Of a stretch of 64,000 nucleotides of DNA, positions 18,582 to 27,560 are shown in pieces (the first letter of the stretch is position 1; every line of letters starts with the position of its first letter). The notes beneath the pieces are model-generated. The model was given only the letters and a program-made list of their open reading frames with translations. It did not search any database and had not been told where the DNA came from. A program made the translations under genes and the position numbers. The DNA is from Minisyncoccota bacterium (GTDB lineage Bacteria; Patescibacteriota; Minisyncoccia; Phycocordibacterales; JABAAK01). The stretch is from assembly GCA_965222235.1 (NCBI GenBank), contig OZ244939.1, positions 7,924 through 71,923 of the forward strand. The letters run 5' to 3'.

Positions 18582-21500
18582 ATGATGTGCAATTTTTCTA
18601 TAGCGCAGAAATATGTCATACAGTGGGTGCCGCTGTGGATAATCGCGGTGCTGACGGTGTTGTTGCTGACTCCCGCCGTTGTCGCCGCACCGACGCTCAC
18701 CTGGAACGCGGGGACGAACACGGTTACGATTACCGGAAATAACGGTCTTTCGCTGGTCTGCTCCTCGGACGATTTTCGTGTCGGTCCGCACAAGGAATCA
18801 ACCGGTGATGTGCTGTTCATCAGCGAAGGACGGGAGATTGACTGCACCTATACCCATCCGACCACCGCCACAACCACACACCTCTTCACTGCCTCGGAGA
18901 ACCATCCCGGCGCACACACCTCCGACATCGGCTCGCTGACTCTGGTTTCAAATGATACCACCGCGCTGCAGAACAACATTGACGCATATATCAAGAACAG
19001 AACCGTTGCAAACGGCATCGGTTTCGGCACGAAGTCCGGCGTTGAACACCTCATGTATTCATCTGTCGTCGGCGCGCAGATTGACGGTATTACCCTGAGC
19101 AACCTTGAGGGACACCGGATTGACAGCGTGTCCGGTAACACGACCTTCACCGTCCGGATCACCGACAACGGGGTGAAGGGGGAGGATGACAGTGTGCTCC
19201 TCATCGGCTTCTACAACTCCGGCGAGACTTCGCTTGACGATGACGATGACCAGCTGCGGTCTTTTGAGGTGTTTCTGGAGGATGACGATATCGTGCCGTA
19301 TTTTGAACATGTGTATGTAACAGACCATATCTACAAACTGAACCGGCGAATTGATCCGCTGGAGCTTCCTGAAGCATCCGGATTGGTGGACAGTCTGCTG
19401 AGTTACCGTGTTACCAATCTGCCGCCCGGGTTTTCATTCAACGCCGGCACGCGGATGCTCACAGGCGCACCGACGGAGACGGGCAGCACGGAGGTGACCT
19501 ACACCGCAACCACCGTCTACGGCGCGCAGAGCACCTCGCTCACCTTCACAATCACCATCGTTCCCGGCGCGGTGTTTGAGGATTCGATCTGGTGGCTCCG
19601 CGCCGACAGTATCACCAATCGGAATAATAACGATTCGGTGACGGCATGGGCGAGTCAGGCAGTGAACCTGAATCTCAACCGGGAAATTTTTGACGGCACG
19701 ATACTTGATGTGACGATCACGCCGTCAACGGCGGTGCATGACACTATTTTCTCCGGTGTCTCCGGTAGTCTGGTGGGGTCGGTTGACACCATCGTTACGG
19801 GTTCCCGAGGCAGCGGCAACACACTTCAGCCCACGGATTCCTCCTCTGACTTCACGCTGAATACCCTTAACTTTTCAACCGGCGGTTCTGAGGATGGGGT
19901 TCTTTTCGGCAACGCGCAGAGCGGCACGCGGGCGTTTATTGACGCTAACCGCGGCAAGTCGGCATATATTATTAACAATGTCGGCACCTACCAGCTCCCG
20001 TTTTATGAATCAGGGAATCAAAACGGCCGGTTCGGCGGCAGCGTGTCCGTTGACGGCAACACGGCCGTCGTCGGGGCATATACCGAGAGTCCTGACGGTA
20101 TCCCGCGCGCCGGCGCAGCATATGTCTTCATCCATGACGGTTCAACCTGGAGTCAGCAGGCGAAGTTGACGGCGGGTGATAAGAATATCGGGGACAACTT
20201 CGGTATCAGTGTCGACCTGGACGGTGACACGGTCATCATCGGCTCGGATCTGAACGATGTTGGCGGTGTTTCCAATGCCGGTGCCGCGTATGTCTTTACC
20301 CGCGACGGTTCCTCATGGAGCCAGCAGGCGAGGCTGAAGGCGGGCGACGGGGAGCCCAACGACTTTTTCGGACACGCTGTTTCTCTTGACGGTGATACAG
20401 CACTCATCGGCGCGTACGGCAGAAACTACGACGGGGTCACCGATACCGGCACGGCGTATATCTTCACCCGTAACGGTTCAACCTGGAGACGGCAGGCGGA
20501 GGTTGCCGCCGCCGACCGGGCTGCGAACGACTACTTCGGCCGCAGCGTGTCCGTTGACGGCAGCCGGGCGCTCATCGGTGCGTACCATGAGGATCCGGAC
20601 GATGTGATCAATGCCGGCTCTGCGTATGTCTTCAGCCGCAGCGGCGGCAGGATATTCAAGAATGCGGGTATTCCGCTGACGGGTCCGCTGTCACTTGATA
20701 TCGGGGATGCATTCGGCCATGCACTTGCCGCGGATGAAGGTCGTATCGTCATCGGCTCGCGACAGGATAATGACGGCAACCTGAACGCCGGTGCGGTGTA
20801 TGTGTTTGAGGATACAAATACCGACGGCGACTATGCCGATATCGGTGAGATTTTCAAAATCAGTGAAATATCCAACACCGGCTCCAATCTGCCGCTTGAC
20901 GCCAGCGACGGCTTCGGTTCATCCGTTGCCGTTGCCGGCGACCGGATACTGGTCGGTGCGTGGAGTGACGACGACGGCAGCCAGGGCGCCGGTGCGGTAT
21001 ATATTCTGGAGGACACAAATACCGACGGTGACTATGCCGATACCAATGAGGTTATTAAAATCAGCGAAACATCCAACACCGGTACAAACCTGCCGCTTGA
21101 CGCTAACGACAATTTCGGTTCATCCGTTGCCTTTGCCGGCAACCGGATACTGGTCGGCGCTCCGTCTGACGACGACGGCGACCCGGGCGCCGGTGCGGTG
21201 TATGTGTTTAAGGACACAAATACCGACGGTGACTGGGCTGATGCCGGGGAGGTTATCAAAATCAGCCAAACGTTCAGCGCCGGTACAAACCTGACGCTTG
21301 ACGAAAACGACGGCTTCGGTTCATCCGTTGCCGTTGTCGGCAACCGGATACTGGTCGGTGCTCCATATGACGACGACGGAACGGGCAACGCCGGCGCGGT
21401 ATATATTCTGGAGGATACAAATACCGACGGCGACTGGGCTGATGCCGGGGAGATTATCAAAATCAGCGAAATATCCAACACCGGTACAAACCTGCCGCTT

Positions 21501-24500
21501 GACGCCAGCGACGGCTTCGGTTCATCTGTTACTGTTGACGGCAACCGGATACTGGTCGGTGCATGGAATGATGACGATGGCGGAGCGGACAATGGGGCAG
21601 TATATATCCTGGAGGACACAAATACCGACGGCGACTGGGCTGATGCCGGGGAGATTATCAAAACCAGTGAAACATCCAACACCGGTACAAACCTGCAGCT
21701 TGACGCCAACGACGGTTTCGGTTCATCCGTTGCCGTTGACGGCGGCCTAATATTCGTCGGCGCGCATACAGGGGACAATTTCACGGGATCTGTGTACATA
21801 CTGGATGACATCAACAACAACGGCGACTATGCCGATACCGGGGAGATAGTGAAAATTGGGGATACTTCCGTCATTGAATCTAATCTTCAGTCACTTGATG
21901 TTGTTGATCTGTTCGGCTCATCCGTTGCCGTTGCCGGCAACCGGATACTGGTCGGTGCTCCACATGACGACGACGGCGGAGTGGACAGCGGGGCAGTATA
22001 TATCCTGGAGGACACAAATACTGACGGCGACTATGCCGATACCAATGAGGTTATTAAAATCAGCGAAACATCCAACACCGGTACAAACCTGCCGCTTGAC
22101 ACAGCCGGCAAATTCGGCTCATCCGTTGCCGTTGCCGGCAACCGGATACTGGTCGGTGCTACGGATGACGACGACGGCGGAGTGGACAGCGGGGCAGTAT
22201 ATATTCTGGAGGACACAAATACTGACGGCGACTATGCCGATACCAATGAGATTATCAAAATCAGCGAAACATCCAACACCGGTACAAACCTGCCGCTTGA
22301 CGACTACGACAACTTCGGTTCATCCGTTGCCGTTGACGGCAACCGGATACTGGTCGGTGCTCCACATGACAACGACGGATCGGTCAACGCCGGTGCGGTA
22401 TATATCCTGGAGGACACAAATACTGACGGCGACTGGGCTGATGCCGGGGAGATTATCAAAACCAGTGAAACATCCAACACCGGTACAAACCTGCAGCTTG
22501 ACGCCAACGACGGTTTCGGTTCATCCGTTGCCGTTGACGGCAACCGGATACTGGTCGGTGCTCCATATGACGACGACGGCAGCCCGACCGCCGGTGCGGT
22601 ATATATCCTGGAGGACACAAATACTGACGGTGACTGGGCCGATACCAATGAGATTATCAAAATCAGCGAAATATCCAACACCGGTACAAACCTGCAGCTT
22701 GACGAAAACGACGTCTTCGGCACATCCGTTGCCGTTGCCGGCAACCGGATACTGGTCGGTGCGTGGAGTGACGACGACGGCAGCCCGGGCGCCGGTGCGG
22801 TATATATCCTGGAGGACACAAATACTGACGGCGACCGGGCTGATGCCGGGGAGATTATCAAAATCAGCGAAATATCCAACACCGGTACAAACCTGCAGCT
22901 TGACGCCAACGACTATTTCGGCTCATCCGTTGCCGTTGCCGGCAACCGGATACTGGTCGGTGCTCCATATGACGACGACGGCTCGTTACACGCCGGCGCG
23001 GTATATATTCTGGAGGACACAAATACTGACGGCGACTGGGCTGATGTCGGGGAGATTATTAAAATCAGTGACCACTCGGGCGGCGATTATGTTCCAAACA
23101 CCATTCAGAGCATAGATACACCGGCTTCATGGAGCCAGATAACCAAACTTTGGGCCGGCGACAAAGCGACCAGCGACCATTTCGGCGGCAGCGTTTCTCT
23201 GGACGGCGACACCGCACTCATCGGTGCGTATCACGACAATTCCGGCACTGATGTTGATACCGGCGCGGCATATGTCTTCACCGGTAGCGGTTCCTCGTGG
23301 AGCCAGCAGGCGAAGCTGACCGCGAGCGATGCCGACGCGCATCACTATTTCGGCGACAGTGTTTCTCTGGACGGAGACACCGCCCTCATCGGTGCAGACT
23401 TTGAATATACGGGCGATCTGGCGGGTGCCGGTGCCGCATATGTCTTCACCCGCAGTAATTCCTCATGGAGCCAGCAGGCGAAGCTGACCGCGGATGATCG
23501 ATCATCGGGCGACCGGTTCGGCCGCAGCGTCTCGCTGGACGGGGATGTGGCGTTCTCCGGCGCGTATCTTGAGGACCCCGGCAACGCGGTAAACGCCGGA
23601 TCCGTGTATGTGTTCGGCAGGAGCAACTCCTCATGGAGCCAGCAGCAGAAACTGACCGCGGCCAACCAGTCCTTGAAGCTGTACTCGGGAAGCATCAGCG
23701 GCTGCGGCTGCGGCTCGGGCACTTCATTTTCCGTTGCCGACACGCCGGTACTCAACGACATCAGGCAGAACCGGACGCAGTTCCGCCTCATCATCGCCGA
23801 CAGCGGGCAGGTGCACGCCGGATCGAAGGAGCATACGGTCACCGTACCGTCAACCGTAAGCCAGCGACCCCGCTATCTTTCTGACGGCATCAACGGCTCT
23901 CCCGCCGTGCTGTTTGACGGCATTGACGACCATCTGCTCTTTGACATTGATGAGATAAAGAGGGGCGATCAGTACACCTTTTTCGGTCTCGTTCGTGTTG
24001 AGACGGACACGGACGAATTCTTCCCGATCATCGGTTCGGATGACTCGGATGAGAACAACGAACTATTCTTCGGCTTTGAGGATATATTCACCGCGGGAGA
24101 GACGCCGAAGCTGCTCTTCTCCCAGAATCTCGGCGCCTCAGTCGGCTCGCTGCCTCTCACCGTCAATGCGTTTGAGGATAATGACAGCGATATTAATCCG
24201 TCGATCGTGTTGTTTGAGCACGATATGGCGGGGATTATGTCGCGGTTGCAGGAGATCCGCGACGGGGAAACATCCGAGGAAACGGACACAACGACAATTC
24301 TGGAGGATCTTGACGGCTCCTTTCAGGATTATATCGGCCGGCACGGCAACTACTACGCCAAGATGCGGCTGGGAGACCTCTTCGTCTACGACACCGACCT
24401 GCTCGGCGCGCAGGAGGAGCAGCTGGAAACCTACATCGCCATGAAGTACGGTCTGACGCTGTCTGACATATCGCGGTATATCAATTCGGACGGCGCCATC

Positions 24501-27500
24501 CTGTATGACGGCTCCGAGGAGAGCTCCGCGTATAAATACAACATCACCGGTATCGGCGAAGACGAAGTGTCCGGTATTGAGATTGAATCAGCAATCTCCC
24601 GGGAGGACGGTGCGCGACTCACGATATCCAATCCCGACTCGCTGGACCACGGCGACTTTCTGCTGTGGGGGAATAACAATGCATTGCCGACGGCATTCGG
24701 CGTTGATATTGTCATTCAGAACATCAGCACGCACCTGAGGCGTGTGTGGAAAACGAGGGAGACCGGGGATGTCGGGACGGTCACCGTATCCTATGACGCG
24801 TCGGGTGTCATCACCCCCGCGAGACTCACCCTGGACGATGTAGTGCTCCTCATTGGTGAGGATGCGACATTCCTTGAGTCATCGTACCACCATCCCGACT
24901 CCGTTTCGGGCGGGGTCATCACCTACACCGACATTAATTTTTCCGGTATTAAATATATCACCTTCGCGCTGGAGCGTTCCTCAAATGTGGGTTTGGGCGG
25001 CGTGTTCGCCGGTCTGCGGCTCTGGCTTGACGCCGACGACGAATCAACACTCCACACCGATACGGCTTGTACTTCCGGCGTGCCTGCCGATGACGGGACG
25101 GTGCAGTGCTGGGAGGACAAGTCCGGCTTCGGCAGCCATGTCACCCTGCCGTTGAGTTGCCACAACGGAGCAAGCTGCGGCGCGCCGCAGCTGCTCCAGA
25201 ACGATTTCATGGGCGACACCAACACGCTGTGGTTCAAGCGGGACGAGCGCGACACATTGCAACATGTACTGTCGGATTGGTGGCTTGCCGAGAGCATGAC
25301 ATTCTTCATCGTCATGCGGCAGGTGACCAGCCCGGGCTCCTACTGGGCGTTTTTCTCTAACGGCGATGTGAATAACTCGGATTTCTTTCAGATGGATGTC
25401 CTGAGTTCTTCAGATGGCGACCATTACCAGCTGCGGGGTCTCGCGCCGTTCCCGATACCGTACGATGTCATAGACTACGAGGAAAATGTGTACGCGTTCG
25501 TGGCTGTCGGGAACGAATACGTGACGCTCTACTCGGACGGTATGTCCGCTGACCGCTATATTTTTGATCCTCCGAGGTTCTACGGGCGGCATTTTGAGGC
25601 ATACCGCGTCAACCTGAACCGGTTCGGAAACCAGCATAATAACTCGGAGATTTCCGAGATCATCATCTACGACGAGGACATTGGTATCTGCAACCTCAAA
25701 GAGGTATTCGGGTATCTCAGCAGCAAGTACGCCTCGTCACTCAGAAGCGGTATTCCCGGGAATGTTGACTGTCGGCATGTGGTGCTCTGGCATGAGGTTG
25801 AGGGTTCCTCGGAGGTGGAAAGCGACACTGTGGCGGCCTTAATTGATCAGGGTCCGCTTGAATACCATATAGGGCAGGCGACCGCGGCGAACCGTCCCGC
25901 TTTTCTGAACAACGAGATTAACAGGTTTGACGCCATGAGTTTTGACGGCACCGATGACGTGCTGGCCGCGGCGCAGAGCGACTTCACCTTCGGCACCAAC
26001 GAGCGGCACTACTTCTTCTCTCTTGACTACGACGACGACGATGACGGCACCTTCATGCACCACGGCTCGGTGGGAACGGGGACCGAGGTGAACCTCGGGT
26101 TTAATGACAACCATATATTCGTTGATCTGGGCGGGCAGACGGTTGCCGTGTCAAACACACTCACGACGGGCGTGCATTTCCTACGGTACTCGTACTATGA
26201 CAACGACGAGAAGTCGGGGTGGTACATTTCCGTTGACGGGGAGGCGGAGGTGAAGGCGGATACAACGAGCGGCTCTGAAGTGACCGTTAACACATCAACC
26301 AGCTCGCTGACCCTCGGGAGAAATATTGACAGCTCGGACTACTTTGACGGTGTTATCGCCGAGATGATGCTGTTGGCGACGAACCCACCGAGGCAGGTGC
26401 TGCACACGATCAATACCTACTTCGCGATGAAAAACGGGGTAACGATTAATTCCGGGCAGGACTATGTTGACAGTAACAATACTGTGCTGTACCAGACGGG
26501 CGGCGGCTACGCCGGATTCCTGCACGACATCGCCGGTTTCGGGTCGGACAACGAACAGAATATCATCATGTTTTCCTCCGGCAGTTCGTCCGATGACGCC
26601 ATTGTGCGTGTTGAGGCATCCGATGTGAACGAGGTCAACAACCATGAGTTCCTGTTCTGGGGCAATGACAACGGGCTGCTCCAGGAGACGACGGCTAACC
26701 TGCCGCCCACCGTCACCTCGCGGATTGAGCGTACCTGGCGGTTCAAGAAGACGGGCGATGTCGGCAATGTGTCGCTCATGTTTGACCTTTCCGACTTTAA
26801 TTCGCAGGTGGTTACGCCGAACGATATCACACTCATCATTGACAGTAATGACGACTTCACCTCCGGTGCGACGTTTGTCACGGCATCCGGTTTCGTAAAC
26901 GGTGTCGCCCGGTTTGACAATGTGTCCCTGGATGACGGCAACTATGTCAGTATTTCCATTGATCTCAGCGAGCTGCTTGTTGATATTGTTGACAGCACCG
27001 GCAATTCGCTTAACGCGCCATCGGTTGTTTTTGACAGTGTACCGTTTAACGGGGTGCCCTCTACGGTATTAACCACCTTCGGTTCCGAGAATTTGAACGT
27101 CTATGTTGAGAATGACACCGCTGACACCGCGTGGACGCTGTCCATCGCTGCGGAGGTGCCATCCGCGGTCTGGCAGGGAGTGACGCACTCCTTTGACTTC
27201 AATGACTCGCTCGGTGTCGTTGACGGGAGTGATACCGATACGGTCGGCGGGCAGATGACGATCAATCCGTCCAGAGGGCTCATCACCGCGTCCGATGGTT
27301 GCACGACGGATGCAATTACCCTCGGCACCTCGGCAAATTTTTCCGAGGGAGTGACCGACTCCATCGTGATCGCTGCCGCAGCCGCGACGGCCGCGACGAA
27401 CTGTAAATGGAGTATTACGGGCATGTCCGTTGAGCAGATAATTCCCGCCGGACAACCGGCCGATGAATATACGCTCAATCTGGTGCTCTCGGTGACAGCG

Positions 27501-27506
27501 AGCTGA
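18582..27506 (+). CDS. Giant surface protein (2974 aa): He_PIG, FG-GAP beta-propellers, LamG-like domains, WxL-like C-terminal domain
   Basis: Signal peptide, He_PIG domain and 19 FG..V....VGA...GAVY blades. LamG-like units (LWLDAD, ING.PAV.FDG, EIIIYD) and a C-terminus ending IPAGQPADEYTLNLVLSVTAS follow. Confidence 0.88.
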   Translation: MMCNFSIAQKYVIQWVPLWIIAVLTVLLLTPAVVAAPTLTWNAGTNTVTITGNNGLSLVCSSDDFRVGPHKESTGDVLFISEGREIDCTYTHPTTATTTHLFTASENHPGAHTSDIGSLTLVSNDTTALQNNIDAYIKNRTVANGIGFGTKSGVEHLMYSSVVGAQIDGITLSNLEGHRIDSVSGNTTFTVRITDNGVKGEDDSVLLIGFYNSGETSLDDDDDQLRSFEVFLEDDDIVPYFEHVYVTDHIYKLNRRIDPLELPEASGLVDSLLSYRVTNLPPGFSFNAGTRMLTGAPTETGSTEVTYTATTVYGAQSTSLTFTITIVPGAVFEDSIWWLRADSITNRNNNDSVTAWASQAVNLNLNREIFDGTILDVTITPSTAVHDTIFSGVSGSLVGSVDTIVTGSRGSGNTLQPTDSSSDFTLNTLNFSTGGSEDGVLFGNAQSGTRAFIDANRGKSAYIINNVGTYQLPFYESGNQNGRFGGSVSVDGNTAVVGAYTESPDGIPRAGAAYVFIHDGSTWSQQAKLTAGDKNIGDNFGISVDLDGDTVIIGSDLNDVGGVSNAGAAYVFTRDGSSWSQQARLKAGDGEPNDFFGHAVSLDGDTALIGAYGRNYDGVTDTGTAYIFTRNGSTWRRQAEVAAADRAANDYFGRSVSVDGSRALIGAYHEDPDDVINAGSAYVFSRSGGRIFKNAGIPLTGPLSLDIGDAFGHALAADEGRIVIGSRQDNDGNLNAGAVYVFEDTNTDGDYADIGEIFKISEISNTGSNLPLDASDGFGSSVAVAGDRILVGAWSDDDGSQGAGAVYILEDTNTDGDYADTNEVIKISETSNTGTNLPLDANDNFGSSVAFAGNRILVGAPSDDDGDPGAGAVYVFKDTNTDGDWADAGEVIKISQTFSAGTNLTLDENDGFGSSVAVVGNRILVGAPYDDDGTGNAGAVYILEDTNTDGDWADAGEIIKISEISNTGTNLPLDASDGFGSSVTVDGNRILVGAWNDDDGGADNGAVYILEDTNTDGDWADAGEIIKTSETSNTGTNLQLDANDGFGSSVAVDGGLIFVGAHTGDNFTGSVYILDDINNNGDYADTGEIVKIGDTSVIESNLQSLDVVDLFGSSVAVAGNRILVGAPHDDDGGVDSGAVYILEDTNTDGDYADTNEVIKISETSNTGTNLPLDTAGKFGSSVAVAGNRILVGATDDDDGGVDSGAVYILEDTNTDGDYADTNEIIKISETSNTGTNLPLDDYDNFGSSVAVDGNRILVGAPHDNDGSVNAGAVYILEDTNTDGDWADAGEIIKTSETSNTGTNLQLDANDGFGSSVAVDGNRILVGAPYDDDGSPTAGAVYILEDTNTDGDWADTNEIIKISEISNTGTNLQLDENDVFGTSVAVAGNRILVGAWSDDDGSPGAGAVYILEDTNTDGDRADAGEIIKISEISNTGTNLQLDANDYFGSSVAVAGNRILVGAPYDDDGSLHAGAVYILEDTNTDGDWADVGEIIKISDHSGGDYVPNTIQSIDTPASWSQITKLWAGDKATSDHFGGSVSLDGDTALIGAYHDNSGTDVDTGAAYVFTGSGSSWSQQAKLTASDADAHHYFGDSVSLDGDTALIGADFEYTGDLAGAGAAYVFTRSNSSWSQQAKLTADDRSSGDRFGRSVSLDGDVAFSGAYLEDPGNAVNAGSVYVFGRSNSSWSQQQKLTAANQSLKLYSGSISGCGCGSGTSFSVADTPVLNDIRQNRTQFRLIIADSGQVHAGSKEHTVTVPSTVSQRPRYLSDGINGSPAVLFDGIDDHLLFDIDEIKRGDQYTFFGLVRVETDTDEFFPIIGSDDSDENNELFFGFEDIFTAGETPKLLFSQNLGASVGSLPLTVNAFEDNDSDINPSIVLFEHDMAGIMSRLQEIRDGETSEETDTTTILEDLDGSFQDYIGRHGNYYAKMRLGDLFVYDTDLLGAQEEQLETYIAMKYGLTLSDISRYINSDGAILYDGSEESSAYKYNITGIGEDEVSGIEIESAISREDGARLTISNPDSLDHGDFLLWGNNNALPTAFGVDIVIQNISTHLRRVWKTRETGDVGTVTVSYDASGVITPARLTLDDVVLLIGEDATFLESSYHHPDSVSGGVITYTDINFSGIKYITFALERSSNVGLGGVFAGLRLWLDADDESTLHTDTACTSGVPADDGTVQCWEDKSGFGSHVTLPLSCHNGASCGAPQLLQNDFMGDTNTLWFKRDERDTLQHVLSDWWLAESMTFFIVMRQVTSPGSYWAFFSNGDVNNSDFFQMDVLSSSDGDHYQLRGLAPFPIPYDVIDYEENVYAFVAVGNEYVTLYSDGMSADRYIFDPPRFYGRHFEAYRVNLNRFGNQHNNSEISEIIIYDEDIGICNLKEVFGYLSSKYASSLRSGIPGNVDCRHVVLWHEVEGSSEVESDTVAALIDQGPLEYHIGQATAANRPAFLNNEINRFDAMSFDGTDDVLAAAQSDFTFGTNERHYFFSLDYDDDDDGTFMHHGSVGTGTEVNLGFNDNHIFVDLGGQTVAVSNTLTTGVHFLRYSYYDNDEKSGWYISVDGEAEVKADTTSGSEVTVNTSTSSLTLGRNIDSSDYFDGVIAEMMLLATNPPRQVLHTINTYFAMKNGVTINSGQDYVDSNNTVLYQTGGGYAGFLHDIAGFGSDNEQNIIMFSSGSSSDDAIVRVEASDVNEVNNHEFLFWGNDNGLLQETTANLPPTVTSRIERTWRFKKTGDVGNVSLMFDLSDFNSQVVTPNDITLIIDSNDDFTSGATFVTASGFVNGVARFDNVSLDDGNYVSISIDLSELLVDIVDSTGNSLNAPSVVFDSVPFNGVPSTVLTTFGSENLNVYVENDTADTAWTLSIAAEVPSAVWQGVTHSFDFNDSLGVVDGSDTDTVGGQMTINPSRGLITASDGCTTDAITLGTSANFSEGVTDSIVIAAAAATAATNCKWSITGMSVEQIIPAGQPADEYTLNLVLSVTAS
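20700..23070 (+). repeat. Tandem array of 12 FG-GAP blades, ~201-bp (67-aa) period
   Basis: Recurring FGSSVAV.GNRILVGA..DDDG...AGAVYILEDTNTDGD.AD..E.IKISE.SNTGTNL.LD, near-identical at DNA level. Confidence 0.92.
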
Positions 27507-27560
27507 CGAAAACGATATATCCTGTTGTTCTTTGGTGATATGTGCGGGGTATGATATATT

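Noticed and set aside
20700-23070. CRISPR array
   Set aside because: The repeats are 201-bp in-frame coding units without unique spacers, and there are no cas genes.
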